Source: Macrostomum lignano (Eukaryota). From it: a stretch of DNA of 64,000 nucleotides. Below, piece by piece: positions 56,701 to 64,000 of the stretch (its first letter is position 1; every line of letters begins with the position of its first letter). The notes below the pieces were generated by a model. It was not told where the DNA came from. It was given only the letters and a program-made list of their open reading frames with translations, and made no database searches. A program made the translations under genes and the position numbers. Where the stretch lies: NCBI GenBank assembly GCA_002269645.1, contig NIVC01003104.1, forward strand, positions 116,103 to 180,102, written 5' to 3'.

Positions 56701-58281
56701 GGTGGAGAATCTTGTGCAGAGGAACGGCGGGATCAACAGGAAATGAACCGAACGCTACAAGGCGTTAAAGGCTTGCAATTTCTTATCCTAATGCTTTCCT
56801 CCTTCAATCATTTATTTGCTTGCTTCATCCGCCCCGGTCCGCAATCATTTCTTCTGCAAGCTTTCGCACTGCCTGATTACTGGGGGATTTTCTTCTTTTG
56901 AAGAATGAACACCTTAATAATTATAGTATATGCTTCGCCTTACCGGAAGCTTTTAAGAACTCGGCTTGATATTGCAGTGCATAGATATCCTGACAGACTC
57001 GATCTACATACTGACAGACCCGATTTACATACTGACAGACTTGACCTACATACTGACAGACTCGATCTACATACTGACAGACTCGACCTACATGCTGACA
57101 GACTCGATCTACATGCTGACAGACTCGATCTACATACTGACAGACTCGATCTACATGCTGACAGACTTGATCTACATGCTGACAGACTCGATCTACATGC
57201 TGACAGACTCGATCTACATACTGACAGACTCGACCTACATGCTGACAGACTCGACCTACATGCTGACAGACTCGACCTACATGCTGACAGACTCGACCTA
57301 CATGCTGACAGACTCGATCTACATGCTGACAGACTCGATCTACATATTGACAGACTCGATCTAAATGCTGACAGACTCGATCTACATACTGACAGACTCG
57401 ACCTACATGCTGACAGACTCGATCTACATGCTCACAGACTCGATCTACATCCTGAATATACCTGAAGGCCAAACAAACACGACACGCAGGCACATGTCGG
57501 TCCCCAAACCGACCTTCGAACTCCATGGGTCGGCCGAGCGCCTGTCCGAGGCCGCCCGGCAGCAGCCCGGCCGGACAAACCAGCACTCGGATCCGGCGGC
57601 AGTGCCCGGCCCGCTGCAGCTGCCGGCAGATGGCCAGCTGCAGGCTGTTCAGCGCGTACCAGACTCCGCCGAGCTGTACAACTTGCAGTTTCGGGTACTT
57701 CGAGTCGTGGCTAAGCAGGCGGCGAGCATAGTCGGACAGGCTGTCCGAGTTCAGCCGGTGGTCTCCGCCGGAGTCAACGGCGGCCGCGGTCAGCTCCGGC
57801 CAGTTTTTCACTCGGGCGAAGAAGCGAACCTCGGAGGGGTAGAGAAACTTGGCCGGCTTCGATGCCATGCTGGGAAGTTGAGGGATGACGAAGGATTATC
57901 ATAATAAGAATTGATTACACCTGCCCCGATTGGGCCAGATGTGCAACCGACAGCTCAGCGGCAGCTATTGCGCGGCGTATCTGAAGGCTGCGTACGGCTG
58001 TTCAGTCCAAGGGGTCCCCACACGCACCCTCAATTACCCCAGCTAATGCTGGCACCCATTTTACAGCTGGGTGAACTGAAGCAATGCAGAGTTAAGTGTC
58101 TTGCTCAACACATATTGACTGCCTCAGTTCAACCCGAGACAGCATGCTTGTAAAGCTCCAGTCAGGAGTTTGCTGCTCAGCCTTTTCTCACCTTGCCATT
58201 GCTGCTTTGAGGCGCAGACAGTCACCGACCGCTGTTGAGGTCCGCCAAAGCCTGGGGCTGCTGAGGCCCGAGGCGTCTGAC
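53736..58281 (-). CDS. Uncharacterised protein with a divergent ParB/sulfiredoxin-like N-terminal domain, acidic linker and poly-Pro tail; complement(join(53736..53926,54662..54919,57514..57869,58192..58281)); 5' end uncertain (267 aa from the ATG at 57868)
   Basis: LYPSEVRF...YPKLQVVQLGGVWYALNSLQLAICRQLQRAGHCRRIRV resembles invertebrate proteins of pattern PSEI.F...P.I.VV..G.W...DNRRL...L...G.C..I.V (recalled, not searched). Exons join in frame through GT-AG sites; GC-rich codon usage matches the other genes. Confidence 0.7.
53990..54300. repeat. Degenerate ~60-bp tandem repeat (…CCCGCTCACTATTGGTCCAGCTAACCCC…)
   Basis: About 4-5 diverged units in the last intron of the minus-strand gene. 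Confidence 0.75.
55001..56518. repeat. ~39-43-bp minisatellite (CATCTGAGCAGAGTGATGAGCTCACTAGAGTGTGTGCTAAC), ~37 copies
   Basis: Tandem periodicity. Confidence 0.95.
56990..57450. repeat. 21-bp minisatellite (TGACAGACTCGATCTACATGC), ~22 copies
   Basis: Tandem periodicity. Confidence 0.95.
57911..58108 (-). mobile_element. CORE-SINE copy with a missing or degenerate tRNA head
   Basis: Near-identical to 14627-14828. Confidence 0.85.
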
Positions 58282-58896
58282 CTGAATCTTAAGTCTGCTT
58301 CCTCTCCCCTCACTCTCCCCTCATTCCCTAGCCCATCGCAGGGATTGGCCAGACCAAACATCCTCGGCTATGCTTTCTAGTCCAGAGAGTCGAAACGGGG
58401 GTCGCGGGACTTTGTCGTGTCGAATTAAAATCTTCTTTCAAAGCTTCACCCGGGATGCTTCTGTTTGGCCTTTGCTGTGCCGCCACCCGCCAACCCCCCG
58501 TCGTTTCGCTGTGACTCTCCGTGAAGAAATTGTATTTGCTATTGAAAATTTTCTGGCTAACACGCGTGCGACTTCTAGTTCTGCTTCCCTGTCTCTCTTT
58601 CAGTCACTCAATCTTCTGCTTTCATTTCCTCTGACTCCCTCAGCGCTGTGCATCTCTTGAGGACTATATTAGCATGCGATATTTCACTTTAATCAATAGC
58701 TTAATTATTGACGCAGTTCGCGCATAAAAATTGGCATTTTATTAAGCAAAGAACCAACTACATGTAGAAGTGGTTATTTTAAATGCAGTCCTGAGTCCGT
58801 TAATAACGACACTAAAAACATTGGGCAATACAAAAACTAACGCATATACTATGAACAACGTGTTTTAAAAGATAACAATATTGGACGCTCGATAGG

Positions 58897-60052
58897 CTCC
58901 AGGTAGATCAATCCCGAAGTAGCTACTTCTCCAGTAGGTCAATCCCGAACTAGCTACTTCTCCAGTAGGTCAATCCCGAACTAGCTACTTCTCCAGTAGG
59001 TCAATCCCGAACTAGCTACTTCTCCAGGTAGGTCAATCCCGAACTAGCTACTTCTCCAGGTAGGTCAATCCCGAACTAGCTACTTCTCCAGGTAGGTCAA
59101 TCCCGAACTAGCTACTTCTCCAGTAGGTCAATCCCGAACTAGCTACTTCTCTAGTAGGTCAATCCCGAACTAGCTACTTCTCCAGGTAGGTCAATCCCGA
59201 ACTAGCTACTTCTCCAGGTAGGTCCATCCTGAACTAGCTACTTCTCCAGGTAGGTCAATCCCGAACTAGCTACTTCTCCAGGTAGGTCAATCCCGAACTA
59301 GCTACTTCTCCAGGTAGGTCAATCCCGAACTAGCTACTTCTCCAGTAGGTCAATCCCGAACTAGCTACTTCTCTAGTAGGTCAATCCCGAACTAGCTACT
59401 TCTCCAGTAGGTCAATCCCGAACTAGCTACTTCTCCAGTAGGTCAATCCCGAACTAGCTACTTCTCCAGGTAGGTCAATCCCGAACTAGCTACTTCTCCA
59501 GGTAGGTCAATCCCGAACTAGCTACTTCTCCAGGTAGGTCAATCCCGAACTAGCTACTTCTCCAGGTAGGTCAATCCCGAACTAGCTACTTCTCCAGGTA
59601 GGTCAATCCCGAACTAGCTACTTCTCCAGGTAGGTCAATCCCGAACTAGCTACTTCTCCAGGTAGGTCAATCCCGAACTAGCTACTTCTCCAGGTAGGTC
59701 CATCCTGAACTAGCTACTTCTCCAGGTAGGTCCATCCTGAACTAGCTACTTCTCCAGGTAGGTCAATCCCGAACTAGCTACTTCTCCAGGTAGGTCAATC
59801 CCGAACTAGCTACTTCTCCAGTAGGTCAATCCCGAACTAGCTACTTCTCTAGTAGGTCAATCCCGAACTAGCTACTTCTCTAGTAGGTCAATCCCGAACT
59901 AGCTACTTCTCCAGGTAGGTCAATCCCGAACTAGCTACTTCTCCAGGTAGGTCAATCCCGAACTAGCTACTTCTCCAGGTAGGTCAATCCCGAACTAGCT
60001 ACTTCTCCAGAAGGTCAATCCCGAACTAGCTACGCTTTCTCCAGGTAGGTCA
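58897..60052. repeat. 31/32-bp minisatellite (AGGTCAATCCCGAACTAGCTACTTCTCCAGGT), ~36 copies
   Basis: Tandem periodicity. Confidence 0.95.
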
Positions 60053-60789
60053 ATGCATTGCCACATGAAAGCATTGAGACGCTGTGGGGCACAGAAGTTC
60101 TCTTCCGAATACTGCCTTCCTTCTATGTTCCAAACTTGAGCATTCCAGCGGCTCTTAGCCAGCACAAAAATCGGCCAAGTTAACCAACTACATCTCTGCA
60201 TCCTGGCAGCTGTGACTGATGGCCGGGGCGGAGCTTTTACTCCTCCAACACTGCAGAGCCACCACTTGGCCATGGCGGATGGCTGCCAATTAGCTAGCCG
60301 TGCTCAGCCCAGCTCCATCTCAGCTCTGCTATTTGCCTTCTCTCTCCTGCTCCTCTGCAATTTCCTGCTTGTCTCTATCTATCTAACGCGTCTGTTAGCC
60401 GAAGTGGCAGAAGCGAGCTAAAGAAAAGAAAAACAGGATAGGATAAGCTCCTATCGCTGAGATTGGCCGTCCTTGGGATAAAAAACGAGGGGTGGGGATG
60501 GGCGGCGTTTGGGGGCAGACGAGAGACGCGCTGATCGATTGAGATCGGGCTGAGACGAACTTTGCTGTAGAGAAGTTCTTTTGTACCGGACTCAAAATGT
60601 ATTCATCCAGCAGAATACTTTGAGTCTTTAAGTCTCTTCTATTTGTGTTATCGGTTGCTGATGAGTTGATGGGGTGAGGTGAGTTGTAGACTGTAGGATA
60701 TAGATCGCGGTTGATTACATAGATAAGTACATTTAACATAGATTCAGATTGCGTAGATTTAGTTGGATAGTGACGGGAATAGGCGTGGT

Positions 60790-61100
60790 AGTAGAGTGGA
60801 TAGAGTGTATGGAGTACATGTAGATATATATTGTAGAGTGGATAGAGTGTATGGAGTACATGTAGATATATATTGTAGAGTGGATAGAGTGTATGGAGTA
60901 CATGTAGATAGATATTGTAGAGTGGATAGAGTGTATGGAGTACATGTAGATAGATATTGTAGAGTGGATAGAGTGTATGGAGTACATGTAGATAGATATT
61001 GTAGAGTGGATAGAGTGTATGGAGTACATGTAGATATATATTGTAGAGTGGATAGAGCGTATGGAGTACATGTAGATAGATATTCTAGAGTAGATAGAGC
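60790..61100. repeat. 42-bp minisatellite (GTAGAGTGGATAGAGTGTATGGAGTACATGTAGATATATATT), ~7 copies
   Basis: Tandem periodicity. Confidence 0.93.
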
Positions 61101-61920
61101 GTAGACAGACACGTTTTGGTCGGACAGATACTGTAAGAGTTGATAGGATACAGTAAATGGTGCAGAGAGGTAGGTGTAGAGTATTGAGTAGATAGAGGGC
61201 CGATATTGTGTCTGATAACTTCCGTGATGAAAATTACTGTTGATTACAATTAGCCCTTAATCATACGCTTTTGTACGAAACGTTGAAGATTTCTACACTG
61301 TGTTGCGGAGCCCAGACTCCATCAGTTCTCTGCCGGTTTAATTCGCTTATTTTCCCTCTTGAAGAGGAGTTAACGGAAATCAGAGATCCCCAGATTAACA
61401 TCGGGAGCAGTGCCGGAGATCAGCAAGGATCAACCAATGTAGTGATAGGACGTTACGCTTTCAGTTAACGCGTCAACGAGAAAACTGAAAACTGTTATTT
61501 TGATACTGGAAATAAGCAAAAGCACAGTGCGTTCTTTCTTAGAATGCATTCAATTGAGTAGGGTTCTGTCGCACAGGGAAATCCCTTTAGAAAAGAATAG
61601 AGTGAAAAGATGGGGCGGTTTGCCAGAATCCAATCTATGCAATCTCGCTAATGCATTTTAAAACAAAAGTGGAACCTTCAAAAATTATGTTTCACAGTTT
61701 TGAGTTGCCACGTACTCCTACCCTTAGCGGTCCTTAAGGCAGTATCAAGGATACGGTAAACTAAACTATACTTATACATTCGCAGCAAGCACTAACACAG
61801 GGCACGTGTGAGCAAAACTTAATAAACAAACAATTAAAAAAACAGAACAGAAAGTACAGCTACAAAGACCCCAAATCATGACGTCAACATTCCTTGACCA
61901 GCGTCCGCCAAGCCAGCCAA

Positions 61921-63299
61921 TCACAGCAGGTGACCGCCCTTGGAGGTCGGCTTCCATGGCGTGGTGCTCACGCCGCCGCCCTGGCCGCCCGGCCGATCGG
62001 CCAGCCGGTTGGCTGTCGCCATCTGCTGCGTCTCCCGGGCCTGGGCTCGGGCCTGCAGGCCGCGCAGCTTCTCAGCCTGGCGCCTGGCCGCCTCCGCCTT
62101 CTCGTGTCGCTCGTAGGCGTCGTGTGAGTCTTGCCACTCCTTGGCGTAGCCCATAGACAGCAGCTTGTCCATGGCCGGCCGCTCCACCGCCCCGCCCGGC
62201 TGCTCATCGTTCGGATTCTGCATTGTGGATTTGGGTAGGGAGCGGATGGTGGATTTGGGTAGGGAGCGGATGGTGGATTTGGGTAGGGAGCGGATGGTGG
62301 ATTTGGGTAGGGAGCGGATGGTGGATTTGGGTAGGGAGCGGATGGTGGATTTGGGTAGGGAGCGGATGGTGGATTTGAGTATGGAGCGGATGGTGGATTT
62401 GGGTAGGGAGCATATGGTGGATTTGAGTAGGGAGCGGATGGTGGATTTGGGTAGGGAGCGGATGGTGAAATTGGTTGAGCTTACTACCTAGGAGCGGATG
62501 ATGGAGTTTCCTTTTAGAAAAAGGGGTTCAAAGTCCGCCCGAGGGAGCTGGCGGGCGGTTGACCTATTTAAAGGGGCGGCCTGATGGAAAAGGTCAAACT
62601 GAACCTGAAACTTACCTGAAAGCCGCCACCTCGCCGAGCCTTCTGTCTCAGCTCGTTCTCATTGTGCGGCCGCGCCTTCACAGTGAGCTCCTGATTCTCC
62701 AGCTTCTGCTGCTGGCTGGCCTTCTTAGCCGCTTTCTCGTTCCTCACCCCGACGCCCTGCTTCCTGGCCTCCGGCAGGCGGGATCTCTTGTCGAAGCGCA
62801 CCATGTGGTTGGGGATGACGTCTTGCTCAGTGCGCGAACGGCGGCCGGCCCCGCTCGCCTGGTCCGTACTTCGGCACCGCCGCTGCGCGCCCGGTTTGCC
62901 GGCCGCGTTCCACGGCTGGTGCACCATGTAGTCAGGCAGGCGGAACACCCACGGCTCGCGCTGGTTGGCGGCGTCGTCGTCAAGCATGCTGTTGTCCTCC
63001 TGGTAGAACCAGTCGCACCTTGGATAGCCCTTAGCCGGGGCATCGTCGTCGCGTTGATTCTCCCGGATGCACAGCAGGTCCTTCCTGCCGCCATTCTTCG
63101 CCATCACAATGTAGGGCGTGTCCGTGTCCTTGATGAGGCCCTGCCGCGGCTCCTTCTCCGGTGGCAGCATATCGTCCGGCATGTTGCCTAGGCCGGGAAT
63201 CTGCGATGTCGGCGGGACGCGAACCTCGGGCCTGTCCTCGTGCTTAGCCGGGCTGTGGTACATCCAGCCGATGTCTTTCATGTTGGTTTTGACCGCCAT
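61921..63299 (-). CDS. C7orf57: C7orf57/DUF5524-like protein; complement(join(61921..62217,62616..63299)), 326 aa
   Basis: PTSQIPGLGNM, LIKDTDTPYIVMAKNGGRKDLL, LPDYMVH and MDKLLSMGYAKEW match recalled human C7orf57 motifs ([53 protein letters not shown]). Phase-0 GTAAGT...TGCAG intron. Confidence 0.85.
62226..62500. repeat. 24-bp minisatellite (GGTGGATTTGGGTAGGGAGCGGAT), ~11 copies, fills the C7orf57-like intron
   Basis: Tandem periodicity. Confidence 0.93.
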
Positions 63300-64000
63300 G
63301 CTGATTAGCGCTAACCTGCTAGATTGAATGCTACACTGTCAGGGTCTGCGAGACTGCTTTATAGCAAAGAAATTTTCTATGAAAAAGCAGAGAAAGCCGA
63401 GAGAAACGCTCTATGAAAAGGGGTGAGTACTGCTAAGCTAAAGCTGGTTGCCAAGCTGGTTGCTAACGCTGCAGCGCCCCGGCCTCGCTCTGAGCCGGCC
63501 CCCTCTCCCATCTCCGCGCCTCCAACCCTGCGCATACGCGGACTGTCTCGGCTACAAATTCAGCGCCCAATTTTCCGCTATTCAGAGAGAGAGTGTCGCG
63601 CAGAGGACAGGCCTGGAATGAGAGGCGGTGGGGCAAGACAGGTGAGAGAAGGGCTGGCCTGAGAGTTGGTCCACCCAGACCCCCCCCCGGCCCTCTCTGG
63701 GGGCTGAACGTACTGTGTGCCCGTACATTCACTCCAATCATACGGTACGCCAGGAGTATTCGTCGGCTGTATTTCATGCAGCAGTGTAGAGCATACACCT
63801 GTGCGCTCAGTGAGGTACATTTACTAAGGTAAGTAGATCAAATGAGAAGCTCTATCCAATATTGCCTCTTTCACCACTTTGGGCATGACAATGGGTCTCA
63901 GTTCAGTCTAGGTTTGTTGTTGCGCTCACGGGAAATGAAAACACTCGGTAGTAGTTTTGCTCACTATTCAGTAGTGTCTGCTGAGCATTAATACAAATTT

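Noticed and set aside
56921-57513. C-terminal DRVCQHV repeats of the 315-aa ORF
   Set aside because: Intronic 21-bp array; a phase-compatible donor at 57513 joins the upstream part to the next exon.

Overview
This is eukaryotic (metazoan) genomic DNA with GC-rich exons and introns packed with minisatellites. A protostome-type synapsin C-terminus, 45-82 nt short introns and TTAGGG motifs suggest a spiralian such as a free-living flatworm (Macrostomum-like); this is inference only. Five spliced genes were reconstructed by hand with GT-AG boundaries and reading-frame phase checks. (1) GCSH, + strand, 296-6232. (2) Synapsin, + strand, 11974-49997, 10 coding exons, 540 aa, with a 27.8 kb fifth intron. 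(3) A TIMP gene nested antisense inside that intron, - strand, 21883-35054, 5 exons, 335 aa. It has an atypical N-terminus: a long leader, a peptide extension before Cys1, and Pro at position 2. (4) An uncharacterised gene with a degenerate ParB/sulfiredoxin-like domain, - strand, 53736-58281. (5) A C7orf57/DUF5524-like gene, - strand, 61921-63299. Mobile DNA includes a head-to-tail pair of non-autonomous Helitron-like elements inside the TIMP intron (element in TIMP in synapsin), a hAT-type MITE with an 8-bp TSD, CORE-SINEs, and a second SINE family whose two copies each seeded a different tandem array. More than 30 minisatellite arrays account for most long ORFs in the supplied track, which are artefacts. 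All homology calls are from memory of the families, not database searches. Repeat boundaries and copy numbers are approximate.
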